Below are positions 7,838 through 16,733 of a stretch of 64,000 nt of DNA, in pieces. The notes beneath the pieces are model-generated. The model searched no databases. It was not told the DNA's origin and saw nothing but the letters and a program-made list of their open reading frames with translations. The DNA is from Gammaproteobacteria bacterium (lineage in GTDB: Bacteria; Pseudomonadota; Gammaproteobacteria; UBA4575): positions 256,001 to 320,000 of the forward strand of contig CBDCUI010000009.1 of the NCBI GenBank assembly GCA_965222615.1, written 5' to 3'. How positions within the stretch are numbered: the first letter of the stretch is position 1; each line of letters begins with the position of its first letter. The translations under genes were made by a program, and so were the position numbers.

Positions 7838-10147
7838 ATGGTAGATCGACTACCGCATCTAAGAATGGCTCGAGCAGAGCCGATTAACGAACGACGCCGA
7901 CGACCAGGATTTGGACCTGGGCGGCCTAAAGACCCTGGTCGTCACGCCCAAGAGTTAAAAGAAAACCTTGATGAGCATAAAGACTCACCAGAAAACGAAT
8001 TAGCTGGTTTCGATCCGCGCCACTTACTCAAACTCGAAATCGAAGGCATTGCTGGTGATGAGCTTTCAAACATTCCAGAATTCAGTGTCGTTACTGAAGA
8101 AGGGAGTAACGTAACTGTGTTGTTTGCTACGGAAAGCGCATTGAAAGAATTTCGTAGTCGATTAGAACAACTTGAAGCAGGTAATCGTGCGACACGTGAG
8201 CAAATATTATTTGCAGTTAAGGGATTTGATTATATTACTGCGGATGATCGCCGAGGCCCCCGGTTAAGCACGGATGGAACGCCAAACAAAGAGCTTTTCA
8301 TACTGGATGTTGAACTTTGGGCGCTTGATCTTCGTAATGAACGAGATGCGATGATCGAATATTTCGTTGAGTTTTGTCATCAATCTAATATTGACATTCG
8401 TGATCAAGTTAATCATCCATCGCTTGTTTTGTATCGTGTAGAAACATCTTCTGATGGTCTAAACAAATTACTTAACATGCGTGATGTAAGGCGTGTTGAC
8501 TTACCCCCTCAATATGAATTTGAGATGGAGTTACTTGATGCGACGGTGAACTCATTACCAGAAATTAAACCACCACCCGACAACGCACCCACCATAGCAA
8601 TATTAGATTCAGGAATAGCCAGTGCTCACCCACTTTTAGAGCATGCTGTTGGAGACGCTCAATCATTTGTTGACGAAGATCCCATCGACCTTGTTGGCCA
8701 CGGTACTACAGTAGCAGGTCATGCTTTACTTGGTGATGTAGCAACTGTCGCTCAAAGCGCAACGCATACCGCTGAACTTCGAATACTCAGCGGTAAAATT
8801 GGTCAAGGCCGAGATGATGTAACTTTGATTGAAAATCGCATTATTGAGGCGGTGCAATATTTTAAGGAACACTATAATTGTAGAGTGTTCAACCTATCTA
8901 TCGGTGTTTATGCTCGCCCTTACCTAGGCGGACACGTTGATAGACTTGCAGCTACTATTGATTGGTTATCTCGTGAGTATCAAGTGCTGTTCATTGTCTC
9001 GACGGGTAATATCCATTCAAGTGTGCAAGGGCCAGCCAATTGGCGAGAAGGTTACCCACGCTATTTGTTGGAAGATGAATTTCGCTTGTTAGATCCTGCT
9101 CCAGCATTGAACGCAATAACAGTAGGCGCATTAGCTAATTATGAGGTCGCCCGAATGGCTGCACGTAATCCTGACGATCCTTCATATCAACCTATTGCGC
9201 ATCGTGATCAACCATCACCCTTTACGTTGTGTGGTCCAGGTCCAAATGATGCAATAAAGCCAGATTTTGCCGACTACGGTGGTAATCGTTATATTGATTC
9301 ACGCCAAGCACCGCGACCATTAGCAGGAAATGAATTAGGTGAGCTCGGATTAAGTAATAAATTTGCCACTGGAAACTTGTATAGAGTTTCAGTGGGCACA
9401 AGTTTTGCTGCACCTCGTGTTGCACACTGTGCTGCACATATATTACGTCAGTATCCCGATGCGTCACCGTCGCTTCTTAGGGCGTTGTTGGCTGCTCATT
9501 CAACTGTGCCTACTTCCACAGCGGATTTGGATCTAGACAAATCAGAGGTACTACGTCTTGTTGGATACGGTAAGCCCAACAAAGAATATTCACTGTATTC
9601 CGAAAACAATCGCGTTACAATTTTGGCCGAAGAGACACTTGCTCCTAATGAACATCACTTCTACCAACTTCCTATGCCGGATGATCTTTTTAAGTCTCCT
9701 GCTCGTCGACCTCGACGAATTACTGTTGCTCTCGCACATACGCCACGAGTTCGACGAACGCGTTTAAAATACCGGGAAAGTGAGATGTCTTTTCGAATAA
9801 TTAAAGCCGAGAGCCTTGAATCCGTGACTCAAGCTTATCGGAGGCTGCGGAAAGATGAGAAAGAAGATCTAATTCCGGAAAGTGATTTCACACCAGGCCC
9901 TACGCTGCGTGAAGGTGGTTCATTGCAGTGTGCTACACGCATACTTGGTCAAGTGGATGAGCGATACCGAAGAAAACCATACTTCTTAGTTGTAACCAAT
10001 AATGTACCAGATTGGGTTAGCTCAATTGATTCGGAGCCTTATTCGCTTGTAATCGTTATTGAAGATCAATCAGACGTTGAAGTAAATCTATATACGCAAA
10101 TCCAATTAGAGCTACAAGAGCGTGTGCGCACACAGGCTCGGAATTAA
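7838..10147 (+). CDS. Subtilisin-like S8 serine protease, IetS-like
   Basis: Catalytic triad ILDSG / GHGT / GTSFAAP; no signal peptide; 5 bp after the ATPase. Confidence 0.88.
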   Translation: MVDRLPHLRMARAEPINERRRRPGFGPGRPKDPGRHAQELKENLDEHKDSPENELAGFDPRHLLKLEIEGIAGDELSNIPEFSVVTEEGSNVTVLFATESALKEFRSRLEQLEAGNRATREQILFAVKGFDYITADDRRGPRLSTDGTPNKELFILDVELWALDLRNERDAMIEYFVEFCHQSNIDIRDQVNHPSLVLYRVETSSDGLNKLLNMRDVRRVDLPPQYEFEMELLDATVNSLPEIKPPPDNAPTIAILDSGIASAHPLLEHAVGDAQSFVDEDPIDLVGHGTTVAGHALLGDVATVAQSATHTAELRILSGKIGQGRDDVTLIENRIIEAVQYFKEHYNCRVFNLSIGVYARPYLGGHVDRLAATIDWLSREYQVLFIVSTGNIHSSVQGPANWREGYPRYLLEDEFRLLDPAPALNAITVGALANYEVARMAARNPDDPSYQPIAHRDQPSPFTLCGPGPNDAIKPDFADYGGNRYIDSRQAPRPLAGNELGELGLSNKFATGNLYRVSVGTSFAAPRVAHCAAHILRQYPDASPSLLRALLAAHSTVPTSTADLDLDKSEVLRLVGYGKPNKEYSLYSENNRVTILAEETLAPNEHHFYQLPMPDDLFKSPARRPRRITVALAHTPRVRRTRLKYRESEMSFRIIKAESLESVTQAYRRLRKDEKEDLIPESDFTPGPTLREGGSLQCATRILGQVDERYRRKPYFLVVTNNVPDWVSSIDSEPYSLVIVIEDQSDVEVNLYTQIQLELQERVRTQARN

Positions 10148-10287
10148 AGTTTCGAATTTCTGCGTGCAAACTCTATGATGAAATCGACAAGATATGCAGT
10201 ATCGTTTTTAACCATACCACACGTATTTTCACCCCCAACTTTTATTAAAAAGTTAACGCGCCCTATTCTCTTCATTGGCTAACCTTG

Positions 10288-10567
10288 ATGTCCGCTTTTG
10301 GCTGTGGTCTCAATAGGTCGATGCAACACTTTGAAATAGAGTGAAAAAAGGCTGCAAAAGCTAAGAGAAATGCAATTACATCAACATCTTAAGAGTAGAT
10401 CAATAAAAGATGGCTCGAAGCAAGTAATAATGCAGTATTTAATGTAACCGGTTCATCCAAAAACAACTCAACACTAAATGGTCATCCGTTTGAGTCAACC
10501 TCTTTATTACTAAAAGTTTAGCAAGGTGTTGCATTGACCGATTGAATCGGCAGTCGTTAGCGGACAT
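10288..10567. repeat. 28-bp palindromic repeat (copy D), split at its centre by a MITE
   Basis: ATGTCCGCTTTTG-GC (10288-10302) plus CGTTAGCGGACAT (10555-10567). Confidence 0.82.
10303..10552 (-). mobile_element. IS30-like non-autonomous element (MITE, 250 bp)
   Basis: IRs TGTGGTCTCAATAGGTCGATGCAACAC and (rc) TGCCGATTCAATCGGTCAATGCAACAC resemble the IS30 ends at 817 and 2047; no transposase; flanks GC and GT. Confidence 0.78.
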
Positions 10568-10651
10568 TATATGGGTATTAAGATCATTACCCAACAATTA
10601 GGCAAAAGTTAATAGATAATTATTCCTGAATTTCTTTGTACGACCCTCATA

Positions 10652-12238
10652 TTAGAATGAACCATGCACGTGCATAGATCTTTCGACTATTTCATCCCTG
10701 CCTTTTTGTTTTACATCGCTCAAATTAACTAGTATTGGTAGGAATGTTAAGTGTTCGTATACGATCTTATTATTAGTGATGTCAATAAAAGATAGCGTTT
10801 TTGCAAAATTGAGTTTATTTAGATCGCGCTCCAAGTTATCTGAATGCACCCATATTTGTTCACTCAAAGAAACTAACCATACAAATTGTAAATAAAGTTC
10901 TGCAAGGTATTGCCACAACCATTCTTTGGTAAACCGATAGACAAAGGGTCGATTATTAAAATGCATGCATTTACTATCTTCAGACCATAATAATTTTCCT
11001 GGACCGTTTTCTGACCAATCCATCCATACCGATGAATCCAAATAATGTGATGCGTAGTCCTCTACATTAATTATTTGCCCTTGCGGAAATACACATTTTT
11101 GCCAAAGCGAATATGCAGTACACCATAATGACGTAGCTTTAGATAATTTGACACTACAAAACTTATTACAGTGAAACATAGTCCCTGACTTACGACTTGA
11201 ATAATCAATATGCACTTTCAATTCCTGATCAAACGACTTTATGAAGGATGTTATAAATTGAGTGAGGTGGTTATAAGTCCGTAATTTGGGGAATCTTTCT
11301 ATCAAATTTTTACCGTTTAGGTATTCTTTAGTAAGAGTTCTATCACGTAGAATCTCCTTGTAATTTTTTACGTCATACTTATCGAAACAACCCACATCAC
11401 ATGAAAGTGGATAAAATTCCCTAGTAGGGATATTTATTTTTGATTTCAAGTACGTGGTTTTTGAAGTTCTAACATTTCCAACGTTAACTAAACAAGTCTT
11501 CACCCAATCCGGACCAGCTGAAAAATGATGTAAATAGGCTAAATTTGCATAGTCGACACAACCCTTCAGCCAAATCCGAACAGAATTGGAAGGGTTATTG
11601 AGTTCCTCGGCTTTGTTAATCCAATATCTATATTCTTCTATTATTTTCTTGCGTTCTAAAATATCTGTGCCGACTCTATATCTATCTATATCCCAAAAAT
11701 TTGTTCCACACTTAATGTTAGGGCAACTATATATTTGTAAGAAAGCATTCGTAACTTTATATTTATGTAAATAGCTCCCACATTTTATACAGATAGTAGT
11801 TAATGGAGCGTGATGAATTGGGCAGTGACTCCATGCGAGAATTTGATGGAAAACAAGATGTGTGCCCCGCTGGACACATTGAGGACAAATGCGTAAATGT
11901 TTTGATAAATTTAATGGATTGTTAATAGAGATTGTTGATTTATAGGCACAGATGTTTTTGATATTCGAGGAATAGTATTCTCCACACGATGCCTCTAACC
12001 AATCACTCTTCCAACCAGTCAGCTGCAGAATTCGTTTTACGTTAAAATTACGAACGTCGTCTGGATAGGTGCTTATATCGCTAATGTAATCCGACGCATA
12101 ACTTTTTCGAGTTCCAAAGTTTCTTTTAAAGTCTGACCAATCAAAATGATTTAATATTGCTAGCTTCGCTGTAATAGACCACAGAGTCTCACCTATTGGA
12201 TTCCATTCTTGAGCACCAATCAGGCTACGGCTATTCAT
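10652..12238 (-). CDS. tniQ: TniQ/TnsD-family target selector
   Basis: P.GETLWS start, Zn-finger pattern CPQC...HQ...CPIH...CIKC...CPNIKC; follows tnsC; long C-terminal extension. Confidence 0.8.
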   Translation of the reverse strand: MNSRSLIGAQEWNPIGETLWSITAKLAILNHFDWSDFKRNFGTRKSYASDYISDISTYPDDVRNFNVKRILQLTGWKSDWLEASCGEYYSSNIKNICAYKSTISINNPLNLSKHLRICPQCVQRGTHLVFHQILAWSHCPIHHAPLTTICIKCGSYLHKYKVTNAFLQIYSCPNIKCGTNFWDIDRYRVGTDILERKKIIEEYRYWINKAEELNNPSNSVRIWLKGCVDYANLAYLHHFSAGPDWVKTCLVNVGNVRTSKTTYLKSKINIPTREFYPLSCDVGCFDKYDVKNYKEILRDRTLTKEYLNGKNLIERFPKLRTYNHLTQFITSFIKSFDQELKVHIDYSSRKSGTMFHCNKFCSVKLSKATSLWCTAYSLWQKCVFPQGQIINVEDYASHYLDSSVWMDWSENGPGKLLWSEDSKCMHFNNRPFVYRFTKEWLWQYLAELYLQFVWLVSLSEQIWVHSDNLERDLNKLNFAKTLSFIDITNNKIVYEHLTFLPILVNLSDVKQKGRDEIVERSMHVHGSF

Positions 12239-12250
12239 TATTTGATAATG

Positions 12251-13240
12251 TTAATGTGCTGTACGTACAACTAGATCTTTAATCTGTTCAATTGCTACAT
12301 GGCTGATAGCATCTTCGATGAATCTCTTTTCCAATTGAAGTGACATATCATCTTGTTCTGGCAATGCTTTTAGTATCCAACGTAATAACGCTGAGATCGG
12401 TTGTAGAGGAATTTCATCAAATTTTGCAATATGTTCAGCTCTGCACATCTCCATAAGAGAATCCCAAATTAATTCTGCCGAATCTAATAAACGCCAGCCT
12501 GCGTCATAAGCTTGTGGAGCAAAATACCTTGTATAGGAGCATCCCGACCCAGGAGGATATTCTGAATGTGAATCGAGCATTTTTATTATGCGTCTAAAAT
12601 CTCTTTTGTCGGCAATGCCTTCAAATCGATGTGTCGCAGTCATGAATCGCCCAAGCAATTGTTGCTTTCCTGAACTTCTGAAATTGTTTTTTATATCTAT
12701 TAATTCTGGTTGACCGACTAGCACTGTCACTAAACGCACGTCTTTCATTTTCAATGAATTATGAAGATCCATAAGATATTCATATTGTGTTAAATCTAAC
12801 CATTCTGCTTCATCAATAAATAAAAGATAACGATGTTCACGCGTTTGAAAGGCACGCTCAACCATAAAATCAATACAACGTCTGCGCTTTATTCTTGCGG
12901 CTTTAGAATCAATTAATGAATAATTTAGTGCTTGCAGCATCTCATCAAAGAAGCGTAATTCAGTAGTACTACTTTGTGATGGTTGCCACATGCTCAACAT
13001 CGTAGTTGGAATTGGGCTTCCTAAAACTTCTTCACAATTATCAACAATGTAACGAATTGCTTGAGTCTTCCCTACCCTTTGATTTCCCCACACTAAACCG
13101 CCTGGTAAAAGTTTATCCAACCAAACTAGAATTGCATTTACGAATTCTTCTAATGGACGCGTCGGAATAATTGCTGCATCACGCAATATTGGGTGATCGT
13201 CAATAAACTCTACTCTCTCGTTATTATGCTTTCTTTCCAT
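12251..13240 (-). CDS. tnsC: TnsC/TniB-like AAA+ transposition regulator
   Basis: Walker A GNQRVGKT, Walker B LLFIDEAE, VLVGQPEL, QLLGRF. Confidence 0.85.
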   Translation of the reverse strand: MERKHNNERVEFIDDHPILRDAAIIPTRPLEEFVNAILVWLDKLLPGGLVWGNQRVGKTQAIRYIVDNCEEVLGSPIPTTMLSMWQPSQSSTTELRFFDEMLQALNYSLIDSKAARIKRRRCIDFMVERAFQTREHRYLLFIDEAEWLDLTQYEYLMDLHNSLKMKDVRLVTVLVGQPELIDIKNNFRSSGKQQLLGRFMTATHRFEGIADKRDFRRIIKMLDSHSEYPPGSGCSYTRYFAPQAYDAGWRLLDSAELIWDSLMEMCRAEHIAKFDEIPLQPISALLRWILKALPEQDDMSLQLEKRFIEDAISHVAIEQIKDLVVRTAH

Positions 13241-13252
13241 TGTGTTTATATG

Positions 13253-15148
13253 CTATCGAGTTGTATGTACTTTATTTAATGAAACCCAGTTCTCGTGTTT
13301 CGTAGGTATATTCTGTTTTTCTTGTTTTAGTTTGTTGAATTCTGTTGAGGAGTGCTGCAAATGCAGAAGTCGGTTTCTATCTTTTCTATATTTATTGGCG
13401 CGTTTATTGAGAAAGTTCATGTAGTCTGATAACGGTGTGAGCGTGTCAGAATATAAACGCTTTTGCTTTATAAGTTTTAAAATTGCACATCTTATTTTTA
13501 AGCTATGTGGATAGATCATCCAGCGTTCTTCTGCTTCAAGACGACCTATACATTTGCCATTTTCTAAAAACAGTAACCCTGTGCGTATGTCTTTAATGTT
13601 TACGCGAAATGTTGCACGTTGATTTGTATATTGAGTATTAATTCTTAAGAAGTCACTGGAATATCTCACTCCTTTGAATTTTATATAGGGTCGGTGCTGA
13701 TGCTCACGACTTGACCGTATCGTGACAAAATAATTTCTTTCAAATAAGGGAATATTATCCGGTTGTTGATTTGTTAGATATCGTGGTATATCCCCTGCTC
13801 GATCAATTCGATAACGGATGTATTCAAGTGGCGTGCGACCATTCAGACTGGTGTGAGGGCTCGCATTATAGTTTGCGATAGCGACATCTGTAACGAGTTC
13901 AAGGTTTTCATACTCGATTAAGAGTTTTTTTGCTTGCTGTGTTGCGTTTCTTCTTCTCGGATCTTGTGGATTTGAACCAGTTGTATTTGGCCATCTATGT
14001 AAAGATGCTTCTTCAAACGTCCTCATGAATCTTTCAATTATTGAATTAGATCGAGGTCGTCGAGCTTTATTGCTGATGATCTCTATTGCACCCGTTGAGA
14101 TAATTCTGTTTTGTAGCCAACTAGAAATATTTGCATATGCATTGTCTAGTTGGACAACATCAAATGATCTCCAAGCGCATTTATCAATAACACCAGATGG
14201 CAATCCCGCATTTCGCTTGTAATGAATAACGCCGTTGGTATTTTCTTTTGGTAACCACGGTGTGAATGAACTTGCTATGCATTCTAGCAAGTCTTCCATA
14301 GTGTAATTTTCCGATAAGCTTAAGCTATAACCAAGAATCGCCCTGCTCGACACATCAATTAGTACGAGCAACCAAATTCTAGAAAGCGGTAGTTCTTGTT
14401 CTTCACCAAATTGGTCTTTGATGCGGATGATTAGTTCAGCATCAAGGCGATGTGCATCAAACTGCACCTTATTATATGGTTTTAGTATTGGGACAGCGTT
14501 ATTTAAGCAGATATGATTTGTAGTGATCGATTGGATGTTATCGCCAAACTCAGCAATCGCTCCTTCAATAAAATTCTCTTTTTGAACTTTTCTGCAATAG
14601 TTACGAATTACCTCTCTACCACCGTCACGATTACTGAAGGGATAATCCAATTCGGTATCAATGCCTTTTGCTGTACAATTATCTTTAAAAGCTTCCCAAA
14701 TGATTTTAGTATTTCTACCGCGCACATAGCACTCATCTATTTTTTTCTTTCCTAATGCCCATCCTTTAAGGCTATCTTCAAGATTTGGATATTGACGTAG
14801 AAATTGACTAAATAATCCAGCATGCCCAGTTAACTTGTTGGTTGTACGCTCATACTTTTTAAATCGAAAATTTGGGATACAAGCTGTATACCCCCACGGA
14901 TCTCCATCTGGCGATACGTCAAAGGCACGTTTAAGAATTCGTATTAACTCTGATTTAGATAATCCGCATTTATAAAGTATTTTTTCTATTGACAAATCGG
15001 ATGATAAATATAGGTCAACAGCACGTTTTCTACGATTAAATTTCGCTTTTTTAGCAGCAGAAAATGAACTTACATCAACCGGAAGCCAGTTGTTTGGCTC
15101 TAAGTCTTTTGATAGATGATTATTTTCAAGACATAGTTTCCTGATCAT
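13253..15148 (-). CDS. tnsB: TnsB-like DDE transposase
   Basis: QFDAH, IDVSSRAILG, QLDNA, IIERF, YNASPH motifs. Confidence 0.87.
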   Translation of the reverse strand: MIRKLCLENNHLSKDLEPNNWLPVDVSSFSAAKKAKFNRRKRAVDLYLSSDLSIEKILYKCGLSKSELIRILKRAFDVSPDGDPWGYTACIPNFRFKKYERTTNKLTGHAGLFSQFLRQYPNLEDSLKGWALGKKKIDECYVRGRNTKIIWEAFKDNCTAKGIDTELDYPFSNRDGGREVIRNYCRKVQKENFIEGAIAEFGDNIQSITTNHICLNNAVPILKPYNKVQFDAHRLDAELIIRIKDQFGEEQELPLSRIWLLVLIDVSSRAILGYSLSLSENYTMEDLLECIASSFTPWLPKENTNGVIHYKRNAGLPSGVIDKCAWRSFDVVQLDNAYANISSWLQNRIISTGAIEIISNKARRPRSNSIIERFMRTFEEASLHRWPNTTGSNPQDPRRRNATQQAKKLLIEYENLELVTDVAIANYNASPHTSLNGRTPLEYIRYRIDRAGDIPRYLTNQQPDNIPLFERNYFVTIRSSREHQHRPYIKFKGVRYSSDFLRINTQYTNQRATFRVNIKDIRTGLLFLENGKCIGRLEAEERWMIYPHSLKIRCAILKLIKQKRLYSDTLTPLSDYMNFLNKRANKYRKDRNRLLHLQHSSTEFNKLKQEKQNIPTKHENWVSLNKVHTTR

Positions 15149-15887
15149 GAGAACTGGATTTTATTATTGTTTTTATTGTTAATGGGTATGTGTCTAAATC
15201 AGATGAAAGTACCCCTTTGTGTAAATGTTTTGCTAAACAAGCAATAATATGCTGAGATTCAGACGCGCAGAGATTGATGATTTTCTCAAGGGTTATTTCT
15301 TTGTAGTTCTTACAAAGTTCCAAAACCTCTCTTTCAAGCAAAGGATCTGGGCTCTTATAGGCGTTTCTTGCATGTGAGAGCAGCTCACGCCAATTAAAAA
15401 TTAGAATTTTGTCTTTCTCTAAATTTTTATTAGTTATAAATTCACATCTGTAGCCATTTTCACTTCCCCACCTCTCAATTAAGTTCCAATCTTTGGGTCT
15501 AGTTGTTCCAGAATTGTCCTTCCTAAGAGAGGCTTCATTGAGAACTTCATAGAATACTTCTTGTTTTGACTTAAAGGTGAAACTTAAATCAAATGTGTAG
15601 TGAGGTTTGTTTCTTAGAGGCGCTTCTATCCGCAGTGGTCGCTCGCATAATTTTGTTATTGAAGGTTCCGCTTCTGCTTTTATGATTGCATCAGCAATTA
15701 GATCTCCGGCGACACAGACTTCTCTCATACCAGCCTTGATACTAAAAATGCGATGATATCTGCAGTTAATTTGTTTTTTTAGAGGCAATAAATGCGGGCC
15801 TCTAAACATTTTAGCTTCTATAAAACGTGCTGAATTGAAGTTCTCAGTGGATAAGTTGTTCTTATTATTTGCAACTACATCAGTCAT
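15126..15887 (-). CDS. tnsA: TnsA-like endonuclease
   Basis: First gene of the operon, overlaps tnsB; ERPL...YTFD...FYEV nuclease-like pattern and C-terminal winged-helix-like segment. Confidence 0.72.
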   Translation of the reverse strand: MTDVVANNKNNLSTENFNSARFIEAKMFRGPHLLPLKKQINCRYHRIFSIKAGMREVCVAGDLIADAIIKAEAEPSITKLCERPLRIEAPLRNKPHYTFDLSFTFKSKQEVFYEVLNEASLRKDNSGTTRPKDWNLIERWGSENGYRCEFITNKNLEKDKILIFNWRELLSHARNAYKSPDPLLEREVLELCKNYKEITLEKIINLCASESQHIIACLAKHLHKGVLSSDLDTYPLTIKTIIKSSSHDQETMS

Positions 15888-16032
15888 AAATTTGTAAACT
15901 AATAAAGATGACTGTTCTAAATTAATAAATAATTACTATCTCAATCAACATAAAATTGTCTTGTAATATCAAGATTTTGATCTGTTATGTTTCTTAACTA
16001 ATTATGTTAGCCGTGTATAGCATTGTGAACAC

Positions 16033-16047
16033 ACACTATATGTAGTG
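16033..16047. promoter_or_regulatory. NrdR-box-like palindrome in the tnsA/XRE divergent promoter region
   Basis: ACACTATATGTAGTG versus NrdR consensus acaCwAtATaTwGtg; single copy only. Confidence 0.4.
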
Positions 16048-16187
16048 GGTAGCATTGTTTTACTATCGCTTTTTTCATGAATTTTAGGAAATTTTGCATA
16101 TTTTAAGAATATATGTAAAAAAATGGTTGTATAAATAATCTAATATTTCGATCGTTTTAGATCAAAATTTTGTTTAATATTTTGTAT

Positions 16188-16565
16188 ATGGGAAGAGACT
16201 TAAAAGTACTCGGCGAAAACATAACGTTACTGCGTAAACGTTTATGTTTGAAGCAAGACCAGTTGGCTGAAATTGTTGGAACTTCCCAGTCACAAATTAA
16301 TGCGCTCGAAAGCAAGAAAACTTGTAATCCTGGTTATTTCATTGTTGAAGCATTAGCAGATTTTTTTGGTGTTAATAACTGGGATCTTGTTCATAAGCGT
16401 CTGGTGAACTTGAGTCCGAAAGAGCAACTTATTAATAGAGTAAGAACAAACACATCTGACAGTGATTTTTTACAAATTAAGCATCTAGTAGATGGTCAGC
16501 ATCTTGAATACGCGAAAAGCGGTAAATTTCGCTACGAGTATCGCCAGATAAAGAAAAGTAACTAG
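16188..16565 (+). CDS. XRE-family HTH transcriptional regulator
   Basis: LRKR..LKQDQLAE.VG.SQSQI..LE...NP motif; ATG at 16188 preferred over TTG 16170. Confidence 0.85.
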   Translation: MGRDLKVLGENITLLRKRLCLKQDQLAEIVGTSQSQINALESKKTCNPGYFIVEALADFFGVNNWDLVHKRLVNLSPKEQLINRVRTNTSDSDFLQIKHLVDGQHLEYAKSGKFRYEYRQIKKSN

Positions 16566-16569
16566 AAAA

Positions 16570-16733
16570 TAGTGTCCTGTAATTCAAGCATCGACTTTTA
16601 CTACGAAGTTTCCCCAAAATCTGATTTTTAGTCCTGTTTCTTCACGTCTAAATTAGTCCTCGAATTGGACTGATTTCAATAATTACAATAATTTAGGACT
16701 GTTTCTTAGTGTTCGGTATTACTAGGAACTACA
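16570..16733 (-). repeat. Tn7-like end (tnsA-proximal) with more widely spaced TnsB-type sites
   Basis: rc TGTAGTTC-CTAGTAATACCGAACAC, then AGGACTAAT, AGGACTAAAAATCAG, GTAGTAAAAAGTCGATGCTT. Confidence 0.82.

Larger units (their letters stand above)
5908..10256 (+). mobile_element. Putative tyrosine-recombinase-mobilised module (integrase + IetAS-like) nested in the transposon
   Basis: Bounded by CCCCAACTATT (5910-5920) and CCCCAACTTTT (10233-10243). The sister element has the flanks joined directly at 4178-4188. Confidence 0.7.
5110..16733 (-). mobile_element. Complete Tn7-like transposon (11.6 kb)
   Basis: Ends TGTGATTCTTAGTAAAACC and (rc) TGTAGTTCCTAGTAATACC; ACATG at both 5105-5109 and 16734-16738; encodes tnsA/B/C/tniQ. 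Confidence 0.93.

Noticed and set aside
735-10567. 28-bp palindromes as integron attC sites
   Set aside because: Too short, no RYYYAAC/GTTRRRY boxes, and the 216-aa recombinase lacks IntI size and insertion.
1-16733. CRISPR-associated transposon or CRISPR array
   Set aside because: No cas genes and no regularly spaced repeat-spacer array. The short repeats at 4880-5215 and 16570-16733 are transposon-end binding sites.
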